Part shown: in pieces, positions 36,233-45,116 of the stretch
How the letters are laid out: every line of letters begins with the position of its first letter
Numbering within the stretch: the stretch's first letter is position 1
Assembly (NCBI GenBank): GCA_020832225.1
Contig: JAFIFA010000063.1
Coordinates: 3,440 to 67,439 of the forward strand
Origin: Balneolaceae bacterium
GTDB taxonomy: Bacteria; Bacteroidota; Rhodothermia; Balneolales; Balneolaceae
Reading direction: 5' to 3'
Length of the DNA stretch: 64,000 bases
Notes under the pieces: generated by a model
The model's input: only the letters and a program-made list of their open reading frames with translations
Database searches by the model: none
Told to the model about the DNA's origin: nothing
Translations under genes and position numbers: made by a program

Positions 36233-37252
36233 TCACTTCTCACTCTCTTCCCTTCCTAGCAACATATCCGTGAACCTGCTCCGAACCTCATCACTCGCAT
36301 CCCTGAAGTATAAAAACGGCAGGTGCTTATCGGTTTGGGTTGTGTCGGTCTCAACACCCCATAATGGAATCATGGATGTGGGCAGCATGGAGTAGCGGCC
36401 ATCCCCAATCACCTCTGGTTTATCGGGGTGCCTGACCAGAAACCCTTCGGAGAGGTGGGAAAATCTCTTCAGATCATTGTACATCGTGGTTCCTTCATAC
36501 TCTGCAAAATCGCGCTCAGGGATTATGAGCGGTGAGTCTTCGCCAGTGTAGACAATCGATTCAGAAAAGAGGCCTGCCCTCACTCCATAGGTCCACACTC
36601 TGTCGTCGTGAATATAATTTGCTCTCCATAGAAGCTGGTTACCGATTGTGGGTTTAACCACCAGCTCGGTAGCGGTGTGGCCACGTTCTACTGCCGTTTT
36701 GTGGATCACGTTCTGAATTCGTTCATTCTGAAACCATCCAAAGAGAAGTATAAGAGCAAGCCAGCCCCACGCTGCCCACGTAAAAGCTTTTCTCTTTTTC
36801 CAGATGCCAAGGCCAACCAGAAGCAGTAGTCCCACCGTTAGCAGTGGATCGAGAACCGAAACAACGTTCCACGCAAAACGTGTATCAAGAAATGGCCAGA
36901 GCAGCTGTGTTCCGTAGCTGGTAAAGGCATCGAGTATTCCGGAGGTGGCGTATGCGATCGTACAGTAGATCGAAAGCTCTTTGAAACCAAACCAGCGCCG
37001 CATGATGAACCAGAGCAAGAGTGTGGCAAAGAGGCCTCCAAATGGAATAAATACTAATGAATGGGTGAACTGTCGGTGCACCTCAATGTTGAAAAGCGGA
37101 TCACCCGGCATATGGATAAATATATCGAGGTCGGCAAGCATTGCTGAGACAAAACCGGTGGCAGCTACCGGAAGGGTTTTATCGGTGTCATCTTTCTTCA
37201 GTATCGAGTGTGAAGCGGCCGCTCCAACAATGCCGTGTGTAAATGGATCCAT
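36233..37252 (-). CDS. YdjM/DUF457-family membrane-bound metal-dependent hydrolase
   Basis: The N-terminus MDPFTHGIVGAAASH and polytopic His-containing helices (QFTHSL) are typical of DUF457. It lies 15 nt downstream of dinB. Confidence 0.75.
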   Translation of the reverse strand: MDPFTHGIVGAAASHSILKKDDTDKTLPVAATGFVSAMLADLDIFIHMPGDPLFNIEVHRQFTHSLVFIPFGGLFATLLLWFIMRRWFGFKELSIYCTIAYATSGILDAFTSYGTQLLWPFLDTRFAWNVVSVLDPLLTVGLLLLVGLGIWKKRKAFTWAAWGWLALILLFGWFQNERIQNVIHKTAVERGHTATELVVKPTIGNQLLWRANYIHDDRVWTYGVRAGLFSESIVYTGEDSPLIIPERDFAEYEGTTMYNDLKRFSHLSEGFLVRHPDKPEVIGDGRYSMLPTSMIPLWGVETDTTQTDKHLPFLYFRDASDEVRSRFTDMLLGREESEK

Positions 37253-37267
37253 GGATGAAAATCTTTT

Positions 37268-38383
37268 TTAGCGTCGCTCTTGGTGCAGGGATTCAAAGGG
37301 GATTTCAAGCTGCCTGCCGGCAAGTCCGCCTTCAGTCAAGTTGAGGGAAGATACAGATATTCCAAGCAAACGAACCTCTCGTTCACCTGCTTCGGTCTCC
37401 GTAAGAAGCTGGTTTGCTATGGCCGCAATCTCTGAAGGATCAGAGGTGTAGTTTCGGAGAGTATGGCTTCGGGTTACGGTCTCAAAGTTTTTGTACCGAA
37501 CTTTCAGGGTGATCGTTTTTCCGGCTGCATTGAGTTTATCCATCGATCCTGTGATCTTTTCAGAAAGCCCTGAAAGAAACTCGCGAATCCAATTTAGATC
37601 GGAGACATCATCAGAAAACGTTCGCTCCTTACCGATCGATTTTCGGATTCGGTGCGGTTTCACCCGTCTTTCATCGATTCCACGTGCTATGCGATAGTAG
37701 TGATGTCCCGATTTACCAAAGCGCTTCACGAGATCGACCTCCTCCCACTTTTTGAGGTCGGCGCCATTGCGGATGCCTAGCGATTCCATCTTCTGGCGGG
37801 TGGCCTTGCCAACCCCGTAAAACTCACCAATCGGAAGCTTTTCGATGAACTCCTCCGCCTCATCTGGCAGAATAACGCTTAGTCCATCCGGCTTCTCCAG
37901 GTCTGAGGCGATCTTGGCCAGGAATTTATTACCGGCAACTCCTGCGGAAGCGGTCAGCCCTGTCTCATCCTTGATTCGTCTCCGAATATCACGGGCGATG
38001 AGTGTTGCGGAGGGGTGATTTTTATGATTGCTGGTAACGTCCAGGTAGGCCTCATCCAGGGAAAGGGGCTCCACCATGTCTGTATAGTCGTAGAAGATGG
38101 TTCGGATCTGCTCGGACACCTCTTTGTAAACATCAAACCGGGGCTTCAGAAAGATGGTCGATGGGCAGAGTTTGACCGCCCTCGATGCCGGCATGGCTGA
38201 ATGGATTCCATACTTTCTCGCCTCATAACTGGCAGCTGCAACCACACCTCGTCCCTGAGGCGACCCACCCACTACAATTGGTTTACCCCGGTACTCCGGG
38301 TGATCCCGCTGCTCGACTGAAGCGTAGAAGGCATCCATGTCTACATGGATAATTTTCCTCTGAACGGGTTTAATGCTGCTCAT
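37268..38383 (-). CDS. dinB: DNA polymerase IV
   Basis: IIHVDMDAFYASVEQ, SLDEAYLDVT and the little-finger domain. 371 aa. Confidence 0.95.
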   Translation of the reverse strand: MSSIKPVQRKIIHVDMDAFYASVEQRDHPEYRGKPIVVGGSPQGRGVVAAASYEARKYGIHSAMPASRAVKLCPSTIFLKPRFDVYKEVSEQIRTIFYDYTDMVEPLSLDEAYLDVTSNHKNHPSATLIARDIRRRIKDETGLTASAGVAGNKFLAKIASDLEKPDGLSVILPDEAEEFIEKLPIGEFYGVGKATRQKMESLGIRNGADLKKWEEVDLVKRFGKSGHHYYRIARGIDERRVKPHRIRKSIGKERTFSDDVSDLNWIREFLSGLSEKITGSMDKLNAAGKTITLKVRYKNFETVTRSHTLRNYTSDPSEIAAIANQLLTETEAGEREVRLLGISVSSLNLTEGGLAGRQLEIPFESLHQERR

Positions 38384-38483
38384 CAGCGCCTTTTTGAAAA
38401 GTGGTGTGGGTAAATCAAACGGAATTTTGTTAACTTCTCAGTTCTTCAAAAAAGAATTTCAAAGAAAGAAAGTATCCAGGAAA

Positions 38484-38780
38484 ATGGAAGAATTAAACGC
38501 TGTAACAATATACTGGCTTATTTCAATCGGATTGCTTGTTGGATATGTCACGGATTTGCTGATGATCAAGCGTGGTATTGGTATGTACGGCAATCTGATA
38601 TGGGGCGCAATCGGCTCTGTGCTGATTGGTGTGATTGCTATTCTTTTCAACCTGTTCGGTGCACTGATCTACGCTGCAATAGGCTCTATAGCATTCCTGT
38701 TTCTAATCAATGTATTTAGCTTCGATCCCTCTCACGTTACCGACGCCAAGGCGAGCCAGCCTTACAACAAAATTGACTAA
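38484..38780 (+). CDS. GlsB/YeaQ/YmgE-family (transglycosylase-associated) small stress membrane protein
   Basis: 98 aa, 3 TM, small-residue (Gly/Ala)-rich helices IWGAIGSVLIGVIA / GALIYAAIGSIAF. The start is at ATG 38484. The upstream track extension overlaps the dinB start. Confidence 0.65.
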   Translation: MEELNAVTIYWLISIGLLVGYVTDLLMIKRGIGMYGNLIWGAIGSVLIGVIAILFNLFGALIYAAIGSIAFLFLINVFSFDPSHVTDAKASQPYNKID

Positions 38781-38794
38781 CACCCTTTAGTCAG

Positions 38795-39313
38795 ATGAAA
38801 AAGATACCGGAACCGGAAGGTCGAGTTTTATGGCTCCTGCCGGATCCGGTCGGTATTCGAAAATGCCGGAACGTGATTGATTATTTCGCAGGCATTCACA
38901 ACACCCCTTATTTCTATCCCCACTTAACGCTCTGCAGGCCGCACCCGGATTTAAGCGATTCAGAGCTGGCAACATTGGCCGATCAATTTGCGGATCGGTT
39001 CGATCCGGTATCAGTAAATCTCTCCAAGCCGGAGTGTGGCACTCCACCATTTCAGAGATTCTATGCGCCCGTGTCTGATCCCGCACTATTGAACCGGATG
39101 CTGAATAGCGCATACAGTCACTTTAGTGCCGACCGGGATTCAGCTTTTAAATTCCATCTCTCCTGCCTTTATGGCTACCTGCCATGCGATCAGATTGACA
39201 AATCTGATTTAAGGCTGCCTAATCAATTGCACATACAATCTTTGGCTGTTGTCAAATTGGATGCCGGTCCGGAAGATTGGAGTATCATACATCAATCGAC
39301 TCTCGGAAAATAA
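38795..39313 (+). CDS. 2H phosphoesterase superfamily protein (cyclic phosphodiesterase/LigT-like)
   Basis: Two H-x-T/S-x motifs, PHLTLC and FHLSCLYG, at the appropriate spacing. 172 aa. Confidence 0.7.
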   Translation: MKKIPEPEGRVLWLLPDPVGIRKCRNVIDYFAGIHNTPYFYPHLTLCRPHPDLSDSELATLADQFADRFDPVSVNLSKPECGTPPFQRFYAPVSDPALLNRMLNSAYSHFSADRDSAFKFHLSCLYGYLPCDQIDKSDLRLPNQLHIQSLAVVKLDAGPEDWSIIHQSTLGK

Positions 39314-39390
39314 AGGGAGAGTTCAGTTTGGAACTAAATCTCATAATCACGACAATTAGGTACACCTGAACTCAAAAAGGGAAGAGTGCT

Positions 39391-40794
39391 ATGCAAGATT
39401 ACAAGTTTTTTAGTGAAGTTAACCAGGCGTTCGACAAAGCTTCTGCGTATACCAGATTTGATAAGGGGCTACTGGAGCAGATGAAGGCGTGTAATGATGT
39501 GCTGCACATTACATTTCCACTCGAAAAAGATGATGGCAGTATCGAGGTAATTCATGGATACCGTGTGGAGCACAGCCATCATAAGCTGCCTACAAAAGGG
39601 GGTATCCGATACAGTCTTACCGTGAATGAGGATGAAACAATGGCATTGGCGGCACTGATGACCTACAAGTGTGCCGTTGTGGATGTGCCGTTTGGCGGAG
39701 CAAAAGGAGGAGTGAGAATCGATCGAAGAAACTACTCCGATGCAGAGCTTGAAAGGCTTACCCGGCGCTATGCTTTTCAGCTATCCAAGAAAAACTTTAT
39801 TGGGCCGGGTAGTGACGTGCCGGCACCCGACTATGGTACAAGCTCACGTGAGATGGGCTGGATTCTGGACACCTATCGTCAAATCAATTCTGATATTGAT
39901 GCAGAGGGTTGTGTAACCGGAAAGCCGCTAAATCAGGGCGGAATCAGGGGACGAACCGAGGCAACAGGCCGTGGTGTATTTTTTGGCATTAAAGAGGCCT
40001 GCAGCAATGCTGAGGATATGAAACTGCTGGGGCTTGAAAAGGGAATTGAAGGCAAAACATTTGTCGTTCAGGGACTCGGTAATGTGGGCTATCACTCCGC
40101 TCTTTACATGATTGAAGCCGGCGCCAAGATGATTGGTGTGGCAGAAATGGACGGCTCCATCTACAATGAAAACGGAATCGACCTGAAAGAGCTGATGGAA
40201 TATAAGAAGGAGAAGGGCGGTATTGTTGGATTTGAGGGGATCAAAACCCTGCCCGACAACAAGGCTGTACTCGAAGTTGATTGTGATATCCTGATTCCTG
40301 CAGCGCTCGAAAACCAGCTAAATGAAAAGAATGCAGAGAGAATTAAAGCAAAAATCATTGGCGAGGCGGCAAACGGCCCTACCACTTCCAAGGCTCATGA
40401 GATTATCAAGGATAGGGGAGCTCTAATCATACCCGACAACTACCTCAACGCAGGTGGTGTAACAGTCTCCTACTTTGAGTGGCTGAAAAACATTCAGCAC
40501 ATGAGATTCGGACGTATGGGGAAACGTTTTGAGGAGAACAGCTTCAAAAAGATACTTTTAGTAATTGAGACCATCTCCGATCGAAAGTTCACCGATAAGG
40601 AGCTGGAGTTCCTGGCTCAGGGAGGTGGTGAGAAGGAACTCGTAGACTCGGGTCTTGAGGAGACGATGGTACTTGCCTACAATGAAATTAATGAGCTCCG
40701 AAAAGTGCATGGAGTTGATTTGCGAACGGCAGCGTTTATAAGTGCTATCAACAAGGTTGGTTCAATGTATGAGGGAATGGGAATTTTCCCATGA
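39391..40794 (+). CDS. gdh: Glutamate dehydrogenase (Glu/Leu/Phe/Val dehydrogenase family)
   Basis: KGGIRY, PFGGAKGG catalytic Lys region and VQGLGNVGYH Rossmann motif. 467 aa. Confidence 0.88.
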   Translation: MQDYKFFSEVNQAFDKASAYTRFDKGLLEQMKACNDVLHITFPLEKDDGSIEVIHGYRVEHSHHKLPTKGGIRYSLTVNEDETMALAALMTYKCAVVDVPFGGAKGGVRIDRRNYSDAELERLTRRYAFQLSKKNFIGPGSDVPAPDYGTSSREMGWILDTYRQINSDIDAEGCVTGKPLNQGGIRGRTEATGRGVFFGIKEACSNAEDMKLLGLEKGIEGKTFVVQGLGNVGYHSALYMIEAGAKMIGVAEMDGSIYNENGIDLKELMEYKKEKGGIVGFEGIKTLPDNKAVLEVDCDILIPAALENQLNEKNAERIKAKIIGEAANGPTTSKAHEIIKDRGALIIPDNYLNAGGVTVSYFEWLKNIQHMRFGRMGKRFEENSFKKILLVIETISDRKFTDKELEFLAQGGGEKELVDSGLEETMVLAYNEINELRKVHGVDLRTAAFISAINKVGSMYEGMGIFP

Positions 40795-40812
40795 TTTTTT
40801 GGTAATAAAAAA

Positions 40813-40848
40813 CCCGGTCTCTTTTCAGGGGACCGGGTTTTAATTTTT
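40813..40848 (+). terminator. Intrinsic terminator after gdh
   Basis: CCCGGTC (40813-40819) pairs with GACCGGG (40831-40837), then TTTTAATTTTT. Confidence 0.8.
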
Positions 40849-41020
40849 AAAGACAGTTTTACCTGTCATTAACCAAAACATCACATAAACCAAAACATCT
40901 TGTTTGTGATTACGCAGATCCCGTAAACATTGTTGCACTCATTTTTAAATTAATTTTGTTCTTTGGTCCTTCGGGCACGCTACACCACTGTTAATTAACG
41001 CTTCATCGAACCTATTTGCG

Positions 41021-41101
41021 ATGATTTCATTCTATTTGGTAATGTTTCTGCTTCCCCTTCTGATCATTTCCGTCACGATATGGCTGGCAAGAAGAAGGTG
41101 A
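41021..41101 (+). CDS. 26-aa single-TM small protein, possible symporter accessory subunit
   Basis: ATG...TGA encoding MISFYLVMFLLPLLIISVTIWLARRR. The stop lies 4 nt before the symporter ATG. It is below the ORF-track size cut-off. Confidence 0.45.
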   Translation: MISFYLVMFLLPLLIISVTIWLARRR

Positions 41102-41105
41102 ATTG

Positions 41106-42593
41106 ATGGAAGAGTCACAGATAATCTCCGTTGCTTTAGAACCCGCTGCAATCACAGCTTTTGTGGCCTATTTGGCTATGATTATCGGGGTCGGCATCTA
41201 TGCTTCGCGCTTTTCATCTCAGGGTATCTCAGAGTATTTCATCGCCGGACGCAAAATGAACCGGTACGTTGTGGCCCTCTCGGCGGTTGTTTCGGGTCGG
41301 AGCGCATGGCTGCTTCTTGGAGTGACAGGCATGGCCTATGCACAAGGGCCCTCTGCTATCTGGGCAGTTGTGGGATACATTGTGGTAGAGATATTCCTCT
41401 TCCTCTACTACGCAAAAAGGCTTCGAAATTTTACAGAGAAGAGGGATTGTATTACGATTCCCGACTTTTTCGCCGAACGCTTTGGTGATCACGACGGTAA
41501 GCTCCGAATAACCATCGTGACCATATTCCTTGTTTTCATGATCGGTTATATAGCCGCCCAGTTCGTGGCAGGCGGAAAAGCGTTTGCCTCCGGGTTTGGA
41601 ATGGAGATGAATACCGGTATTCTGCTTACGGCTCTTATTGTAGTTGTGTATACAATAGTCGGCGGTTTTCTTGCTGTGAGCCTCAGCGATATGGTTCAGG
41701 CCTTTTTTATGATTCTGGCGCTTGTGATTCTGCCATTTATTGCCATAATCGAATATGGAGGACTTGCCATACTGTTGAGTGAACTTGCCTCTATGGGTAT
41801 GTTCTATGTGGATCCGTTTGCCATCTCTGTGGGAGCCGCTATTGGGTTTATGGGTATCGGTCTGGGTTCGCCGGGTAATCCACATATCCTCGCAAGGTAT
41901 ATGTCGATCAACGACTCATCGGAGCTCAAAACAGCAGCCATAGTAGGTACTACCTGGAACGTGATAATGGCATGGGGCGCAGTCTTTATTGGACTGTCGG
42001 GCAGGGTCTATTTTCCGGAAGTGTCCATGCTTCCCGCAGAAGACACTGAAAACCTCTTCCCGATGCTTGCCCAAATGCACCTTCACCCGATACTGTTCGG
42101 AACGGTGCTCGCTTCCATCTTTGCGGCGATCATGTCGACAGCTGATTCGCAGCTACTGGTAGCCGCCTCAAGTATGGTTAGAGATGTATATGAAAAGATC
42201 ATCAGAAAAGGGGAAGATCTCCCTCAAAAGAAGCTGGTTCTCTATAGCCGGATCGTGGTTTTCCTGATTGTAGTACTCTCGCTGGCATTCGGGTTTCTGG
42301 CCGAAGATCTCGTCTTTTGGCTGGTACTGTTTGCCTGGGCAGGATTGGGAGCCTCTATAGGCCCAACATCAATACTGGCGCTATACTGGAGGGGTACTAC
42401 GAGAGCCGGTGTAATGGCTGGGCTCATTACAGGCACACTGGTTACCATCATCTGGTACTATACACCGTTATTAAGCAACCTGATGTATGAGCTGATTCCC
42501 GGATTCTTTGCTGCTCTGATTGCTACCTGGCTGGTGAGCCTGGTTACAGAGGCGGCACCGGATACCCGGCGCGCCTTTGAAGATATGGAGTGA
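41106..42593 (+). CDS. Sodium:solute symporter family transporter (PutP-like)
   Basis: About 13 TM. EYFIAGRKMN...ALSAVVSGRSAWLLLGVTGMAY matches the SSF N-terminal signature. ATG 41106 is preferred over TTG 41103. Confidence 0.88.
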   Translation: MEESQIISVALEPAAITAFVAYLAMIIGVGIYASRFSSQGISEYFIAGRKMNRYVVALSAVVSGRSAWLLLGVTGMAYAQGPSAIWAVVGYIVVEIFLFLYYAKRLRNFTEKRDCITIPDFFAERFGDHDGKLRITIVTIFLVFMIGYIAAQFVAGGKAFASGFGMEMNTGILLTALIVVVYTIVGGFLAVSLSDMVQAFFMILALVILPFIAIIEYGGLAILLSELASMGMFYVDPFAISVGAAIGFMGIGLGSPGNPHILARYMSINDSSELKTAAIVGTTWNVIMAWGAVFIGLSGRVYFPEVSMLPAEDTENLFPMLAQMHLHPILFGTVLASIFAAIMSTADSQLLVAASSMVRDVYEKIIRKGEDLPQKKLVLYSRIVVFLIVVLSLAFGFLAEDLVFWLVLFAWAGLGASIGPTSILALYWRGTTRAGVMAGLITGTLVTIIWYYTPLLSNLMYELIPGFFAALIATWLVSLVTEAAPDTRRAFEDME

Positions 42594-42607
42594 TCTTGCG
42601 CTTAAAT

Positions 42608-44059
42608 TCAGGAGAATAGCTTTTTAAAGAAGCCGATCACGCCACTTTTTCCCTCTTCCTCTTTCTGCTTTCCGGTTCGCCCACCATCAAGCTGGTCGAA
42701 AGTGGGGCGCGGGAGACCTTCATACTTTTTGCCGTTGCCGTTTCTATCGCCACGAGACCGGGAACCGCGCTGCTTCTTACCTTCTCTACCGCCGGATCTC
42801 TTTTTGCCGCCCCCACCTCTCTTACTGCTCTTACTGCCGGAGGAGCGTTTTTTGCTCTGTCCGTTATTTCCACTTTTCGATGAAGACTTTGTACTCTGCT
42901 CTTTCACCTCTTTGGGAAGCGGGAGCTCTTCCGGGGCAAAACCCAGGGACTTACAGATGGTGTTGATATCGCTTCGGTCCTGGCGGGAAACCAGTGAGAG
43001 GATCTTGGTTGCTTTTCCGTCGCCAACCAGGTCTGCACGAAGTTTATATTCAGCAACTTCCTCAGGTACATCATAGTTGATTACCTGAGTGGCGTGTTCC
43101 AACGGAAGATCGGCTGCAGAGAGTTCGCCGACAACAAGATGTTGTACATTGTTGGATGTGAAGCGTCCAAACCTCTCATCAAAGGTATCTTTGTTCAGCT
43201 TGTCGTGAACACTAACTGCACGCCGGTTGCTCTTTCTCAGAATCTTGTAGAGTCGGTCTGCGGTTCGCCGGGAGGCGGTAAAAATGACCACGGTATCCGC
43301 CTTGTTGTTATCCAGGTGAGCCATCAACGTTGAGATCTTGGATCTGGGCGGGACGTTTATGTAGTACTGGGTAAGATCTTTTGGGATCTCCGGAAGGTTC
43401 TTTTTAGAGGGCTTTTCAGGGCTCTTTTCCGGCTGCTTTGACTTCTCCTTAAGTTTGACAAGCTTGGGATCATTCAGAATCGAATTTTCAGCATCTCGAA
43501 GCTCCTTGCTGTCTTTGGCAGCGGTGAAGATTTTCTGAGATTTGCTGATAACGCGCTTTGAGATCACCTGAACATCGTCCCAAGAGGAGATCATCTCAGC
43601 CTGATCAACGATAAACTGTTCTACTTCCCGGAAAACCATGCGGTTTTTCTCCAGAAGTTTTGCAAGCCTCTCAGGTGTGGCAACCAGAACAACCGGACCT
43701 GTAGCGAGTGCATTGGCCTGCTCTTTCTCATTTCCATCATCTGTGATACAGGCGCTCTCGATGGAGGAGTGATAGCCAATAGCCCAAATCCACTCATCAA
43801 GCTCCTTGGCGCGCTCTTTATTACCGGCGATAATAATGGCACGAGTGCCCTGCCGGCGATCTGTATCGGAGATCTGATTTAGCAGAGAGATCAGGTACCC
43901 GACTTCCGGTTTCTCATCAACTTTGGTGTTGATGACCAGATCGGATCCATCCTGAACAGCTTTAAAGATTTTTTTCTGAAGTGGTGAGGGGCTTTCAATC
44001 TTTACATCTTTCAACCCCTTCAAAATATCGGAACGTAGTCGAAACTGATTAAACGACAA
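42608..44059 (-). CDS. DEAD-box helicase-like protein with degenerate catalytic motifs and a Lys/Arg/Gly/Ser-rich tail
   Basis: Two RecA-like halves are alignable to the genuine DEAD-box protein at 59952-61247. Walker A is TKVDEKPE, DEAD is VDQA, SAT is TAA, and motif VI is YKLRADLVGDG. Confidence 0.8.
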   Translation of the reverse strand: MSFNQFRLRSDILKGLKDVKIESPSPLQKKIFKAVQDGSDLVINTKVDEKPEVGYLISLLNQISDTDRRQGTRAIIIAGNKERAKELDEWIWAIGYHSSIESACITDDGNEKEQANALATGPVVLVATPERLAKLLEKNRMVFREVEQFIVDQAEMISSWDDVQVISKRVISKSQKIFTAAKDSKELRDAENSILNDPKLVKLKEKSKQPEKSPEKPSKKNLPEIPKDLTQYYINVPPRSKISTLMAHLDNNKADTVVIFTASRRTADRLYKILRKSNRRAVSVHDKLNKDTFDERFGRFTSNNVQHLVVGELSAADLPLEHATQVINYDVPEEVAEYKLRADLVGDGKATKILSLVSRQDRSDINTICKSLGFAPEELPLPKEVKEQSTKSSSKSGNNGQSKKRSSGSKSSKRGGGGKKRSGGREGKKQRGSRSRGDRNGNGKKYEGLPRPTFDQLDGGRTGKQKEEEGKSGVIGFFKKLFS

Positions 44060-44168
44060 TATGTTACCTCAAATATTTAGATCAATATTTCAATTCACTG
44101 GCCTTCCGGGGCTCAAAATGGACCCGGTTCAAATACTGCTTGACCTTAATAGCCAACGCCTGTTAGGC

Positions 44169-45035
44169 TTACTTGTTATGAAACAGGGTGATATAGACCT
44201 CATTAAGCGTCAGCAGTACCATCAGCCCTAAAAGTCCGGCAGCGCCCGCTTCGGGGCCAAATGTTCCGCCGGTAAAAGCGTCGGGACCTGTGATTTCAAC
44301 AACCATCAGCATCTGTTCAAACTGATTTCCACTGACAGGCAACCCAAAAACCGCACCCTGAAAATAGTTCCAAGTAAGGTGCATTCCAACAGGAATAGCC
44401 AGACTCTTTGTAACAATATACGGATAAGCAAAGACCAATCCAGCAATCGATATATTGAGTGTTGAGATCCAGCTTGCATTTGGGTTGCCAAAATGGAGCA
44501 GCCCAAAGATTGAGGATGATATTATGACAGCAACGATTACGGCGTTGGACTTTGAGAGAAACCGTCCGCTAAACCCTTCACGGAGGTTCGTGATCAGGTA
44601 TCCCCTGAAATAGGTCTCCTCCCAGACACTTACGCCAATCATTACAGCAAGTGTAAATCCGAGTCCGTACGTAAAGCTAAGATCCAGAAAGTTGAGCTGA
44701 ATGTCATGAACAACCATCCACCCCATAGTGAGACTGATCATAACGATTACACCCATTGCGGTTGCTCCCATCACGCTTCCGGCCAAAAAATCACGGAACC
44801 ACGTTCGGTTCAGGGATAGTCCAAACTCAGGAAAAGGGCGCTTGTCAACTTTTGCAGATGCAAACCATAACAGAAATATCATGGCCACAGCCAGCAGAAT
44901 AGCGAAACCGTAGCCCGAACCGCTGATCAGTGTAAAGAGCAGCATCAAAGAAAAAAGTAGCGAACTTATGATGGCTATCCGCCAAAACGATCGCAGTCTC
45001 ACTTCATGGGCGTTGTAAAATATTCTCTTCAGCAT
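44169..45035 (-). CDS. CPBP-family intramembrane glutamic endopeptidase (CAAX protease/Abi-like)
   Basis: WEETYFRGYL (EExxxR), FGLLHFGN (FxxxH) and HLTWNY (HxxxN) are all intact. Polytopic. Confidence 0.85.
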   Translation of the reverse strand: MLKRIFYNAHEVRLRSFWRIAIISSLLFSLMLLFTLISGSGYGFAILLAVAMIFLLWFASAKVDKRPFPEFGLSLNRTWFRDFLAGSVMGATAMGVIVMISLTMGWMVVHDIQLNFLDLSFTYGLGFTLAVMIGVSVWEETYFRGYLITNLREGFSGRFLSKSNAVIVAVIISSSIFGLLHFGNPNASWISTLNISIAGLVFAYPYIVTKSLAIPVGMHLTWNYFQGAVFGLPVSGNQFEQMLMVVEITGPDAFTGGTFGPEAGAAGLLGLMVLLTLNEVYITLFHNK

Positions 45036-45116
45036 GCTTCAGGATGAAAATAGGTCTTTTATGAATGTAATATTATCTTTTAAGAAACAACACCCTAACA
45101 TGACCCAGGTTCCCCT

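Noticed and set aside
35659-36236. Four mutually overlapping ORFs (35659-35895, 35914-36177, 35928-36221 on plus; 36012-36236 on minus) as protein genes.
   Set aside because: They overlap each other in different frames. They are Ala/Arg/Ser/Pro-rich because of local GC-richness. They run across 7-nt-period repeats and palindromes, and they show no recognisable domain. I treat the region as non-coding (see findings).
38384-38483. A LexA/SOS box upstream of dinB.
   Set aside because: I found only a 5-bp inverted repeat (TTCTT-N5-AAGAA on the dinB strand). There is no CTGT-N8-ACAG or GAAC-N4-GTTC match. That is insufficient to call an operator.
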